A DNA stretch of 64,000 nucleotides from an uncultured archaeon (GCA_964410585.1 CAYPFW010000001.1:416001-480000), one strand, 5' to 3'. Counted from the stretch's first letter, positions 37,904 through 47,199 are shown. Made by a program: numbers and translations. Notes: generated from the sequence alone by a model not told the origin.

Positions 37904-39247
37904 ATGGTTTTAGATAAGCTAGGCTCAAGCCTTAAAGACACTTTCAAGAAGCTTGCAGGAATGAGCCTTGTAGACAAGGAATCAGCAGAGAGGATAATTC
38001 TAGACATACAAAGGGCATTGCTACAGTCAGATGTAGATGTCAGGCTAGTTTCTGATTTAACAAAAAGCCTAAAAGACAAAATTTTAAATAAAAGACTACC
38101 ACATGGCCTGACATTAAAGGAACACTTCATCAAAACTCTATACGATGAACTTGTAAATTTCTTAGGCAAGGAAAAGGGTGATTTAGAGGTAAAAAAACAA
38201 AAAATTCTTTTGATGGGTTTGTTTGGTTCTGGAAAAACAACAACAGCTGGAAAACTTGGAAAATGGTTCAAAACAAGGGGTCTGTCTGTTGGTTTAGTTG
38301 CATGCGATATCCATAGGCCAGCTGCCCAAGAACAGCTTTCACAAATATCAAAACAAATAGACGCTAAAATTTACACAGAAGGCTCAGGACTTCTTGGGAA
38401 AAAGAAAGCTGAAAAAATAGCAGAAGAAGCCTTGAAAAAATCAAAAGACGATGTGCTTATTTTCGACTCAGCTGGAAGGGATGCTTTGGATAAAGAACTT
38501 GCACAAGAATTAAAAGACCTCTCAAACACAATAAAACCAGACGAAGTTCTTCTTGTAATACCAGCAGACATAGGCCAAGCTGCTAGAAGACAAGCAGAAG
38601 AATTTGTAAAATTAGTTGGCATAACTGGCATAATTGTTTCTAAATTGGATGGAACAGCAAAAGGTGGTGGTGCCTTGACGGCATGTTCTGTTTCTGGAGC
38701 AAAAATTAAGTTCATTGGTGTCGGCGAGAAGATTGGAGATTTGGAGCAGTATGATCCTCAGAGATTTGTTTCCCGGTTAATTGGTTATGGGGATATACAA
38801 GGCCTTTTGGAAAAAGCAGCTGAAGTGGGCGTAGATGAAGAATCTTTGGAGAAAATAAAAGAGGGACAGTTCACTTTGGATGAGTTTGTGGTGCAAATAA
38901 AACAAATGCAAAAAATGGGCCCATTAGGAAAAATAACAGAGATGATTCCAGGATTTTCAGGGATGAAAATTCCAAAAGATACATTGGATGTACAAGAAGG
39001 GAAGATGAAAAAATGGGAGCACATAATCAAATCAATGACAAAAGAAGAGAGGCAAGATCCAGAAATAATTAAACAAAGCAGGATCACAAGAATAGCAAAG
39101 GGTTCTGGTACAAGACCCGAGGATGTTAAAGAACTCATGAAAAGCTATAAGCAAATCAAGAAGGTTATGAAAATGATGGGCGGCGGCAAAGGTTTGAAAA
39201 GAGGCGCCTTTGCTGGATTGGCTAAACAGTTTGGAATGAAATTGTAA
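37904..39247 (+). CDS. srp54: Signal recognition particle protein SRP54
   Basis: GLFGSGKTTT, DSAGR, KLDGTAKGGGAL, M domain SRITRIAKGSG. Confidence 0.97.
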   Translation: MVLDKLGSSLKDTFKKLAGMSLVDKESAERIILDIQRALLQSDVDVRLVSDLTKSLKDKILNKRLPHGLTLKEHFIKTLYDELVNFLGKEKGDLEVKKQKILLMGLFGSGKTTTAGKLGKWFKTRGLSVGLVACDIHRPAAQEQLSQISKQIDAKIYTEGSGLLGKKKAEKIAEEALKKSKDDVLIFDSAGRDALDKELAQELKDLSNTIKPDEVLLVIPADIGQAARRQAEEFVKLVGITGIIVSKLDGTAKGGGALTACSVSGAKIKFIGVGEKIGDLEQYDPQRFVSRLIGYGDIQGLLEKAAEVGVDEESLEKIKEGQFTLDEFVVQIKQMQKMGPLGKITEMIPGFSGMKIPKDTLDVQEGKMKKWEHIIKSMTKEERQDPEIIKQSRITRIAKGSGTRPEDVKELMKSYKQIKKVMKMMGGGKGLKRGAFAGLAKQFGMKL

Positions 39248-39267
39248 CATTTTCTTTTAGAAAATCT

Positions 39268-40056
39268 ATGGATAAGAACAGATGGAACAATTATAGAAAA
39301 GCAAACGATAATTTTCCGGAGGTTAGAAGAAGAGAACTCCAATTAATGCTGAAAAAGATCAATCCACAAATTGGTGATATCATTGTCGAAGCAGGTACTG
39401 GAAACGGTTATTTAACCTTTCCAGTAGCTCAAAAAGTTGGAAAAAATGGCAAAGTTATCACCTACGATATTATTTCTAATAATCTTTCAGAAGTTAGAAA
39501 GCTGAATAAGAAGTTTAAGTTGCCTATTGATATTAAACAACAAGAAACTTCTTATGATTTTGATGAACAAAACTCTTCAGTTGATAAGGTGATATCTATT
39601 GCTTCCTTTCATCACTACGATAATAGATCAACTGGTTTTTCTGGTAGATTAAAGGCTCTAAAAGAGTTTAATAGAATATTAAAAAATAATGGAAGGTTAA
39701 TTATTGCCGATATAGGCAAAACCACTGTTTCTTCTAAATATTTTAATGAGATTGATGATCCAAAATATTGTTTTCCAAATGGACATCCACATGAATTTTT
39801 GAGTAGAAAAGAAATTCAAGACCTTTGTATACAAACAGGTTTTAAAATTGAAAGTTATGAAGTTGCCCAAGTTCCTTGGACATTTGATACTGAAGAACAA
39901 GCTAAACAATTTTTGCATACAATACATAATGCTACATGTTCTCCTGAAGAATCCTTTCAGCATGCTAAAGAACACCTTAATTTCTGGAAGGAAGGAGGAA
40001 AATATTATCTGGATTGGGAATTGTTCTATTTTGTAGCAATAAAAAGTAGTTTTTAA
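39268..40056 (+). CDS. Class I SAM-dependent methyltransferase
   Basis: VEAGTGNG, SIASFHH. Confidence 0.88.
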   Translation: MDKNRWNNYRKANDNFPEVRRRELQLMLKKINPQIGDIIVEAGTGNGYLTFPVAQKVGKNGKVITYDIISNNLSEVRKLNKKFKLPIDIKQQETSYDFDEQNSSVDKVISIASFHHYDNRSTGFSGRLKALKEFNRILKNNGRLIIADIGKTTVSSKYFNEIDDPKYCFPNGHPHEFLSRKEIQDLCIQTGFKIESYEVAQVPWTFDTEEQAKQFLHTIHNATCSPEESFQHAKEHLNFWKEGGKYYLDWELFYFVAIKSSF

Positions 40057-40078
40057 ATCTAAAATAGTTTCTTATTAT

Positions 40079-40651
40079 ATGAACATTGGTTTTGACCTAG
40101 ATGAAGTTCTTGCAGATCTTTTAAGTTCTCTAATAAAATTTCACAACACCAATTACAAAACCAATTTGGTAAAAGAACACTTTGTTTCTAATAAGTTCTG
40201 GGAAGTTTGGGGCGGCACAAAAGATGAAGCAACGCAAAAGGTTTACAATTTCCATGCAAGCGATTATTTGAGAAACCTAAAACCAATTGACGGCTCAAAA
40301 GAAATAGTTGATTTCCTAAAAAAGAAGAATAATTTATTTGTCATCACGTCAAGATCAAATGACTTTGAAAGCGCAACAGTAGAGTGGATAAACCAGCACT
40401 TCCCAAAAAAGTTTTCTAGCATAAATTTCGCAAACCATTATTCACAAAGCGGGAAACAAATAACCAAATCATCCATTTGCAATGATCTTGGTATCGATAT
40501 TATGATTGAAGATTCAGTTGATCACGCTTTGGACTGTCTTAGTCCGACCAGAAAAATTCTTCTAGTAGATCACCCATGGAACAAATCATTTAATCCGATC
40601 CGAGGAATTTACAGGATAAAATCTTTGAAAGAAATTGCTGATTTTGTTTAG
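40079..40651 (+). CDS. HAD-superfamily 5'(3')-nucleotidase-like protein
   Basis: FDLDEVLAD, ITSR, MIED, PWN. Confidence 0.88.
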   Translation: MNIGFDLDEVLADLLSSLIKFHNTNYKTNLVKEHFVSNKFWEVWGGTKDEATQKVYNFHASDYLRNLKPIDGSKEIVDFLKKKNNLFVITSRSNDFESATVEWINQHFPKKFSSINFANHYSQSGKQITKSSICNDLGIDIMIEDSVDHALDCLSPTRKILLVDHPWNKSFNPIRGIYRIKSLKEIADFV

Positions 40652-42078
40652 ATTTTCTTCACCATGTAGTCGCCTTCTAAATGGTAGCCGAGCTTCTCAT
40701 AATATTTTCTGACTCCTACACCAGAAATAACAACAATTTTGTCAAAGCCTAAATCCTTTGTTATCCTTTCAGCTTCTGCTAACAGCTTCCTGCCAAAACC
40801 TTTGTGCTGGAAGGTTGTTGTCCATGCCTCGTTTTCTTTTAATCCAGCTTCCAAACCAAAAACATGGAGCTCCCTTACAATTGTTGAAGTTGGTGTGATC
40901 TCAGGCCTAAAATTTGGAACTTTTTCAATAGACGTCGAAGGTATCCTAAGCCTCAACAAGCCAATTATCAAATCGTTTTCAACATCATCAAAAGATAGGA
41001 AGATTTCCTTTCCACCAGATGCTTCGTATTCTATTCTGTTCAATTTTATATTTTCCTCTTTTACATTTTTTCCTTTTAACAAACCATAACCAACTTCCCT
41101 GCATCTTATACATTGACATTTCAAACCAAGTTCCTTCATCCTTTGTTTTGCAGAATCTCTTTGGTGACAGAATTTTGTCCCACCAACTATGTATTGAGCA
41201 GGAAGATCCCTCATCACTCTTTGTATGCGCGCATACCTTGGCACAAGCGCCTTTGTCCTTGCCAAGATTTCAACAATTTCGTCTTCTGTGTATGGTTTGT
41301 ATTTTCCTTCTTTGAGCCATTCTTCTAATTCTGTGCCCTCAACAACAACACAAGGATATATTTTCAATCCATCTGGCCTAAAGTTTGGATCAGAAAAAAG
41401 TTTTTCAAACTGTTTGACATCTTCTTCAACATTAGATCCTGGCAAATTGCACATATAGTGATAATAGATTTTGAAACCAGAATCTTTGAGCAAACGTGTC
41501 GCCTCTATAACATCTTTTACAGTGTGTCCTCTTTTTGTAAGCTCATAGTTTTTGTCGTCTGCTATTTGCACACCTATTTCCACTCGCGTTGTCCCAAAGC
41601 TAAGCATCTCATCTATCTGGTGCTTTTTGCACCAATCTGGCCTTGTTTCTATACACAAACCAACACACCGATGTGTAGTTGTTTCATTTATTTTTTTGGC
41701 TTGTTCTAGACTTTCGGAAACAGTAAAATTCAAACCATCATATATCCCTTTGATAAATTCTGTCCTGTATGATTTTGGCGAGGCCATGAATGTGCCGCCC
41801 ATTATAATGACTTCATTTTTTTCTGAAATATGTCCATTCTCTGTGAGTGTTTCTATCCTTCCTTGTATTTGCCCCTTAGAATCATAGTTTTGCCTAAGAG
41901 CTCTTAGGACAGTTGGCGATTTTGGCATGTAACTTTTTGGTGTTGGTATTGGCTTGTCATAGCCGCCTGGACAGTATACACATTCTCCAGGACAAGGAAG
42001 TGGTTTCGTCATTGCAGAGAGGATGGTAACACCTGAAATTGTCCTGACCTTTTTCTTAGGATGAACTGTTTTAAGCAT
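40648..42078 (-). CDS. elp3: tRNA U34 carboxymethyltransferase Elp3 (radical SAM + KAT)
   Basis: RTISGV, CPGECVYCP, ETRPD, RELHVFG, QHKGFG, ISGVGVRKYY. Confidence 0.95.
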   Translation of the reverse strand: MLKTVHPKKKVRTISGVTILSAMTKPLPCPGECVYCPGGYDKPIPTPKSYMPKSPTVLRALRQNYDSKGQIQGRIETLTENGHISEKNEVIIMGGTFMASPKSYRTEFIKGIYDGLNFTVSESLEQAKKINETTTHRCVGLCIETRPDWCKKHQIDEMLSFGTTRVEIGVQIADDKNYELTKRGHTVKDVIEATRLLKDSGFKIYYHYMCNLPGSNVEEDVKQFEKLFSDPNFRPDGLKIYPCVVVEGTELEEWLKEGKYKPYTEDEIVEILARTKALVPRYARIQRVMRDLPAQYIVGGTKFCHQRDSAKQRMKELGLKCQCIRCREVGYGLLKGKNVKEENIKLNRIEYEASGGKEIFLSFDDVENDLIIGLLRLRIPSTSIEKVPNFRPEITPTSTIVRELHVFGLEAGLKENEAWTTTFQHKGFGRKLLAEAERITKDLGFDKIVVISGVGVRKYYEKLGYHLEGDYMVKKI

Positions 42079-42103
42079 GTTAATTATTATCAATAGTATT
42101 AAT

Positions 42104-42721
42104 ATGCCAAAACCAAACGACAAAAAAATCAAGGAAGTCTACAACAAAATAGCAGAAGGTTTCTTCAATCTGAGACAAAAACCAATCACACCAGAATTGG
42201 AAAAATTGGCTCAAAGGTGGAAGCCCGGGTTGCTTTTGGATATTGGTTGTGGAATAGGAAACTCTACTCTTCCTTTTTCAAAAAAAGGTTTTTCTTGTAT
42301 AGGAACAGATATAGCACAAAATAATCTGAAATTCGCAAAAAAATATTTTGAAAAACACAAAGCAAAAGGCTCTTTTTGTGTTTCTGAAATGCAAAGCCTT
42401 CCTTTCGAATCTGGAAGATTTGATTATGTTATTTCTGCTGCAGCTTTTCACCATCTCGATTCAGAAGAAAAAAGATTGAAGTTTTTGGAGGAAATAAGAA
42501 GAGTGTTGAAACATAAAGGAAAAGTCTTCATTTCTGTATGGCTGAAACAATCTGAAGACGCTTACATCTCATGGACAAACAAAGGTAAAAAATACCTCAG
42601 ATATTACCATTTCTTCGAGAAAACCGAATTAAATAATCTTTTTGAAAAATCTGGTTTTAAGAAAATCCAAGTTTTCGAGGACGAAAGGGGAAAAAACATC
42701 TGTGTTTTGGCTTTTAAGTAA
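42104..42721 (+). CDS. Trm9/ALKBH8-like tRNA methyltransferase
   Basis: VYNKIA..F...R, LDIGCG.G, FHHL, ISVW, RYYHFF. Confidence 0.78.
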   Translation: MPKPNDKKIKEVYNKIAEGFFNLRQKPITPELEKLAQRWKPGLLLDIGCGIGNSTLPFSKKGFSCIGTDIAQNNLKFAKKYFEKHKAKGSFCVSEMQSLPFESGRFDYVISAAAFHHLDSEEKRLKFLEEIRRVLKHKGKVFISVWLKQSEDAYISWTNKGKKYLRYYHFFEKTELNNLFEKSGFKKIQVFEDERGKNICVLAFK

Positions 42722-42739
42722 GCTGGTTAGTATATTGGT

Positions 42740-43540
42740 ATGCGCACATTTCATAGTCTAAACAAAATTGTAAAGGAAGTTATATACGAATCGGATATAA
42801 TCCTGGAAATCCTAGATGCAAGATTCATCGACGAAATGAGGAATTTTGAAGTTGAAAAGAAAATACAGGAACTGAAAAAACCTCTTATTTTTGTTTTTAA
42901 CAAATGTGATTTGGCTGATAAAAAGCAGATGGAAGCAAAGAAAAGAGAGCTTGCAAATTCTGTATTCATATCTTCAAAAGATAGGATGGGAACAAAAATT
43001 CTCATAGACAAAATAAAAGAGATTGCCGATAGTCTTGATCCAAACAGAAAGAAATACCACAAATCATTTAAACAGGAAGAGGGATTTGAAAAAAACATAG
43101 TTATTGTAGGTTTAGTTGGCTATCCAAACACAGGAAAAAGCTCTGTAATAAACATTTTGAAAGGCAGAAGAGTTGCTGAATCTTCTCCACATAGCGGTTA
43201 TACAAAGGCTAAAAAGCTCATAAAAATAACAGACGACATTTATTTGATGGATACACCTGGAATACTTAGAGCAGAAGATGTTGACAAATCAAACCACGTC
43301 CTTGTCGGAGCAATGGATGTTTCAAAAATAAAAGACCCGGAAACAGAAGCCCTGAAATTAATGAGAACACTTGACGGTAGGATAGAAAGGTTTTTTGGTG
43401 TTGAAAAAAAAGAAGATGTTTTAGAGGCTTTGGAAGAGATTGCAAAAAAATTCAACAGATACAGGAAAGGTGGAGTTCCTGATACAGAAGTCATGGCAAG
43501 GAAAATTATTCAAGACTGGCAAAGGGGAAAGATAAGATGA
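42740..43540 (+). CDS. YlqF/RbgA-family circularly permuted GTPase
   Basis: LDAR, NKCD, GYPNTGKSS, DTPG in permuted order. Confidence 0.93.
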   Translation: MRTFHSLNKIVKEVIYESDIILEILDARFIDEMRNFEVEKKIQELKKPLIFVFNKCDLADKKQMEAKKRELANSVFISSKDRMGTKILIDKIKEIADSLDPNRKKYHKSFKQEEGFEKNIVIVGLVGYPNTGKSSVINILKGRRVAESSPHSGYTKAKKLIKITDDIYLMDTPGILRAEDVDKSNHVLVGAMDVSKIKDPETEALKLMRTLDGRIERFFGVEKKEDVLEALEEIAKKFNRYRKGGVPDTEVMARKIIQDWQRGKIR

Positions 43541-43596
43541 AACAAGAAAAAGATTTCAACAAAAAAGAAATTTTGGAAGCTATCCTTTTCTTTTAG
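43537..43596 (+). pseudogene. Diverged duplicate of the pus10 N-terminus, terminated within repeat B
   Basis: MKQEKDFNKKEILEAILFF* versus Pus10 MNKEREFNKKDILEKA. Confidence 0.6.
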
Positions 43597-43637
43597 AAAA
43601 AGAAAAGTATACCGTACCCCAAAGAAAACTAAATACA
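43580..43637 (+). repeat. Family B repeat
   Basis: CTATCCTTTTCTTTTAGAAAAAGAAAAGTATACCGTACCCCAAAGAAAACTAAATACA. Confidence 0.85.
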
Positions 43638-43638
43638 T

Positions 43639-44844
43639 ATGAACAAAGAAAGAGAATTTAACAAAAAGGATATATTGGAAAAGGCAAAGGAAATTGAAAA
43701 ACTGAAAAAAGTCTGCGACAATTGTTTAGGTAGGCAGTTTGCCCAAACTGGTCATGGGTTCACAAACAAGCAGAGGGGAGAGATTTTGAGGAAACTTCTG
43801 AAAACAAAAGAACCAAAAGAATGCGAGATATGTGATGACTTATTCAAAGATTTGGAAAAATATGGGAAAGAAGCTGTTGGGTGCTTGAAAAAGTATGATT
43901 TCAAAACTTTTTTAGTTGGAACTCAGTTGTCTTATTTGCTCTCAAAGAAAGAGGAATATTTTTGGGAGGAGATAGGAGCAGAAGGCTGCGAATCGATAAA
44001 ATCAGAGATAAACAGGGAAGTGGGAAAGCTGATTTCTAAAGAAACAGGAAAAGACATGGACAGAGATATCCCAGACATAAACGTGATTGTTGACTTGGAG
44101 AAAGACAGGATTAGGATAAAATCAAACCCTCTTTTTGTTTATGGTGGATATAAAAAATTAGTAAGGGGCTTACCTCAAACAAAATGGGAAACTTATCCGG
44201 AGACTGTTGAAGATATAGTAGCAAAGCCATTCATGAAAGCGACAAAAGGAGAAGAACATGCTTTGCATGGGATGGGTAGGGAAGACATAGATGCTAGGTG
44301 CCTTGATTTTAGGCCATTTGTTTTTGAAGTAGTAAATCCACAAATACGCGGAGTTGATTTGAAAAAAATGAAAACAGAAATAAACAAGTCAAAAAAAGTC
44401 GAGGTTTCTGACCTAAAGTTTTCAAACAAACAAGAAGTAAGGGATTTGAAAGCAGCAAAACCTGCTAAATCATATAGGGTTTTGGTTGAATTTGAAAAGC
44501 CTGTTTCTGAGAAGGATTTGGCTAAATTAAAAAAGTTGAAAGGATTGACAATTAAACAAGAGACACCTAAGAGGGTTTTGCATAGACGAGCTGACAAAAC
44601 GAGAGACAGAAAAGTCAGGGAAATAAAATGGAGCATTGTAAATTCTAAAAAAGCGAAAAATGCTTCTAGCAAACTCGTAGAGTTTGAAGTTAAAGGGGAT
44701 GCTGGGCTTTATGTCAAAGAGCTTGTCCACGGGGATGAAGGAAGGACAAAACCTTCTGTTTCTGAAATTTTGGGGAACAAAGGAGAAGTAAAAGAGCTAG
44801 ATGTGATCAAAATTTGGACAAAGAACATGCCGAAACCGGTCTGA
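43639..44844 (+). CDS. pus10: tRNA pseudouridine(54/55) synthase Pus10
   Basis: CDNCLGR, GREDIDAR, QETPKRV.HRR, GLYVKELVHGD.GRT.P. Confidence 0.95.
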   Translation: MNKEREFNKKDILEKAKEIEKLKKVCDNCLGRQFAQTGHGFTNKQRGEILRKLLKTKEPKECEICDDLFKDLEKYGKEAVGCLKKYDFKTFLVGTQLSYLLSKKEEYFWEEIGAEGCESIKSEINREVGKLISKETGKDMDRDIPDINVIVDLEKDRIRIKSNPLFVYGGYKKLVRGLPQTKWETYPETVEDIVAKPFMKATKGEEHALHGMGREDIDARCLDFRPFVFEVVNPQIRGVDLKKMKTEINKSKKVEVSDLKFSNKQEVRDLKAAKPAKSYRVLVEFEKPVSEKDLAKLKKLKGLTIKQETPKRVLHRRADKTRDRKVREIKWSIVNSKKAKNASSKLVEFEVKGDAGLYVKELVHGDEGRTKPSVSEILGNKGEVKELDVIKIWTKNMPKPV

Positions 44845-44866
44845 AGACCAGTTTCCAACTCTTACG
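44827..44866 (-). repeat. Module D repeat overlapping the pus10 stop codon
   Basis: Reverse strand CGTAAGAGTTGGAAACTGGTCTTCAGACCGGTTTCGGCAT matches 45236-45274. Confidence 0.8.
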
Positions 44867-44902
44867 TAGATTTATAAATCACTATACTCTAATAAGTTGA
44901 AT

Positions 44903-45196
44903 ATGGTACGAACTAGTAAAGGTACAAGATCGGCGACAAGAAGTAAATATAAGAAAGGTTTGAGAGACAAGTTTACTATTACGCCTTATCTTCAGGAATT
45001 TGAAGTTGGGCAAAATGTTGTAATAAATCAAGATCCATTCTCCCAAAAAGGCCTGCCACACCACAGATTCAAAGGTATGATAGGTGTGATTCAGGAGAAA
45101 AGAGGCAGATCATATGTGCTCAAACTACCAGTTGGCCCAAAAAAGACAAAGACGGTTATTTCTAGACCAGAGCATTTGAAGGCTCACAAGAAATGA
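44903..45196 (+). CDS. rpl21e: 50S ribosomal protein L21e
   Basis: SKGTRSATR, KGLPHHRFKG, RPEHLK. Confidence 0.96.
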   Translation: MVRTSKGTRSATRSKYKKGLRDKFTITPYLQEFEVGQNVVINQDPFSQKGLPHHRFKGMIGVIQEKRGRSYVLKLPVGPKKTKTVISRPEHLKAHKK

Positions 45197-45317
45197 GCTT
45201 TTTCTGTAAAAAAGCTCATGCAAAAATCGGAGGCTCGTAAGAGTTGGAAGCTGATCTCAATAAGCTTCGGTATCTGACACTCGTCGTTGAGACTCCTCGT
45301 TCGATTGCGCCTTCCAT
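45193..45317 (-). repeat. Family A repeat, copy 6, carrying module D (45236-45274)
   Basis: Reverse strand ATGGAAGGCG...GCCTCCGATTTTTGCAT-GAGCTTTTT-TACAG-AAAAAGCTC. Confidence 0.8.
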
Positions 45318-45456
45318 TATTTAGATGATATTTATATAGCGAAACTGTATAATAGACTATATTCTATTTAAGAAAGGAGGTTTAGGTTTCTGCGTATGCA
45401 AAAGGTTTTGGGTAAAATAGCCTTTTGATGAAGGCGGAAGCCTCGAAAAGGCTATT

Positions 45457-45786
45457 ATGGAAATAAAGAACGAGCAACCTGTTCCAGCAGCAGTTGTCAA
45501 AAAATTGCTTTTGAAAAGAGAGAAGGAAAAAGAGCTTGGTTACGAGCAAAAAGTTACTTTGGATCATTTGAAAAAATTCTGCGATTTGTCTGAAAAAGCA
45601 TCAGAAGAGCTTATTGAGGAGCTAAAAGGCGTTGAAAAGTTGAATGAAAGGCAAATTGTAAACATAGTGAACTTGCTTCCACAGGATTTGGATGAACTTA
45701 GGCTTATTTTTGCAAACGAGAGGATAGACCTCTCTGACGGCGACAAGAAAAAGATCCTCGATGCTGTCAAAAAGGCAACCAAGTAA
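45457..45786 (+). CDS. rpo4: RNA polymerase subunit Rpo4 (F)
   Basis: ELGYEQ...LDHL.KF, IVNLLP...DELR; lies between rpl21e and DUF655. Confidence 0.93.
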   Translation: MEIKNEQPVPAAVVKKLLLKREKEKELGYEQKVTLDHLKKFCDLSEKASEELIEELKGVEKLNERQIVNIVNLLPQDLDELRLIFANERIDLSDGDKKKILDAVKKATK

Positions 45787-45864
45787 TCTTGGCTTATTTT
45801 TAAATGAGCAAATACAATCTAATAGATAGAGGAATGTAGGTGTTGGAAAAAGTTTAGGCATATA

Positions 45865-46028
45865 GTGGAAGGCGTAATCAAGTGGAAGCCGTTTAAAAAA
45901 ATTGCGAATCGCAATGAGCAATTTTTTAGGCTCCTGTTTTGATTAACCTTCGTGTCTCGCAGAGTGCGTAGGACACGAGACATCTCTGCACCAATATAAT
46001 TGGAGATGCAGATTTAGGATAAAAGGTT
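45865..46028 (+). repeat. Family A repeat, copy 7 (duplicated 5' end) with module C inserted in reverse (45951-46012)
   Basis: AAAAAATTGC-GA-ATCGCAAT-GA-GCAATTTTTT stem; AACCTT[insert]...AAAAGGTT-ATG. Confidence 0.88.
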
Positions 46029-46616
46029 ATGGAACAGCATGAAATAAAGAAAGATGAATGGGGAATAGTGTTGGAGTTCCTTCCAAAAGGACATATTGGT
46101 ATGCAAAGATCTCAACCAGTTGCACAAGTCCTTGGGGACAAATACTTTTCTTTACTTGAAGTTATAATCAGGGAAGGCGCGACAGCCGCAGCAGAAGAAA
46201 GGCTATACATAGGAGATAAAAAGAGAGACAAAGTCAAATACATACAAGGCAGGATAGAAATGTCAGGCCTTACATCAGGATCAAAAGATGAGCTTTCAAA
46301 AGCAATAGAGACTGTTGTTGAAAAAAGCCCAGAACAGTTCATAAAGTTTTTCAATGAGTGCGGACCCCTTACAACAAGGATGCACCAACTTGAACTACTT
46401 CCAGGAATTGGAAAAAAACATTTGTGGAAAGTTTTAGAGGAAAGGAAAGTTGAGCCTTTCAAGTCTTTTGACGATATCAAAAACAGGGTCCCAATGATCC
46501 CAGACCCTAAAAAGATGATTGTGAAAAGGGTGGAAGCAGAATTAGAGGGAAAGGATAGGTATTATTTGTTTGCTTTGAAACCCAAGGAAGCTTTGAGGGA
46601 AGAGTTCAGGCGCTAG
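46029..46616 (+). CDS. DUF655 family putative RNA-binding protein
   Basis: Q.LG...F.LLE, TTRMHQLELLPGIGKK, PF.SF.D. Confidence 0.93.
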   Translation: MEQHEIKKDEWGIVLEFLPKGHIGMQRSQPVAQVLGDKYFSLLEVIIREGATAAAEERLYIGDKKRDKVKYIQGRIEMSGLTSGSKDELSKAIETVVEKSPEQFIKFFNECGPLTTRMHQLELLPGIGKKHLWKVLEERKVEPFKSFDDIKNRVPMIPDPKKMIVKRVEAELEGKDRYYLFALKPKEALREEFRR

Positions 46617-46748
46617 CCTTTCTTTTTCAAAAAAAGATCAACATCTCACCGATGCAAAGGATGATGAGATGTCTCGTGAACAATTAACTGTTCACGCAGT
46701 TAATAGGAGACACGAAAGTCTACCGTACCCAAAGAAAAACGATATACA
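46613..46748 (+). repeat. Family B repeat expanded by module C (46638-46714)
   Basis: CTAGCCTTTCTTTTTCAAAAAAAGA[TCAACATCTC...GGAGACACG]AAAGTCTACCGTACCCAAAGAAAAAC. Confidence 0.85.
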
Positions 46749-46770
46749 AACAACATTAAAGGATTCAAAT

Positions 46771-47199
46771 ATGTTAGTACAAGAGATAATGAGCAAAAAA
46801 GTTCTGACAGCAGAAGGAAGTCTAACTGTTCAAGAAGCTGTTGAATTAATGAACAAGAACCAAGCAGGCTCTTTGATAGTTGTTGATTCTGGAAAAATGA
46901 AAGGTATTGTTACTGAACGTGATGTTTTGAAAACAATTGAACAAGGCAAAGACGCGAAAAAAGTTTTGATCAAGGAAATAATGACAACAGATGTTTATTT
47001 TGTGAAGCCACAAGACAATGTTGTTGATGCTGCGCAACTCATGGCTGAAAAACACATCAAAAAACTTCCTGTGATTAGCGGCGGCGCACTTGTTGGCATT
47101 TTAACTGCAACAGATATTGTTGCATCTGAACCTCTGTTCATGCACCAACTCGGAGAGATTTTCTTGACAGCTAAAAAGCACACAACAGCTGCTGGTTAA
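46771..47199 (+). CDS. CBS-pair protein
   Basis: GIVTERD, IKKLPV, GILTATD; start MLVQEIM. Confidence 0.92.
   Translation: MLVQEIMSKKVLTAEGSLTVQEAVELMNKNQAGSLIVVDSGKMKGIVTERDVLKTIEQGKDAKKVLIKEIMTTDVYFVKPQDNVVDAAQLMAEKHIKKLPVISGGALVGILTATDIVASEPLFMHQLGEIFLTAKKHTTAAG

Noticed and set aside
46669-46770. N-terminal extension of the CBS protein
   Set aside because: Largely translated from repeat modules C and B; the CBS domain starts at 46771.
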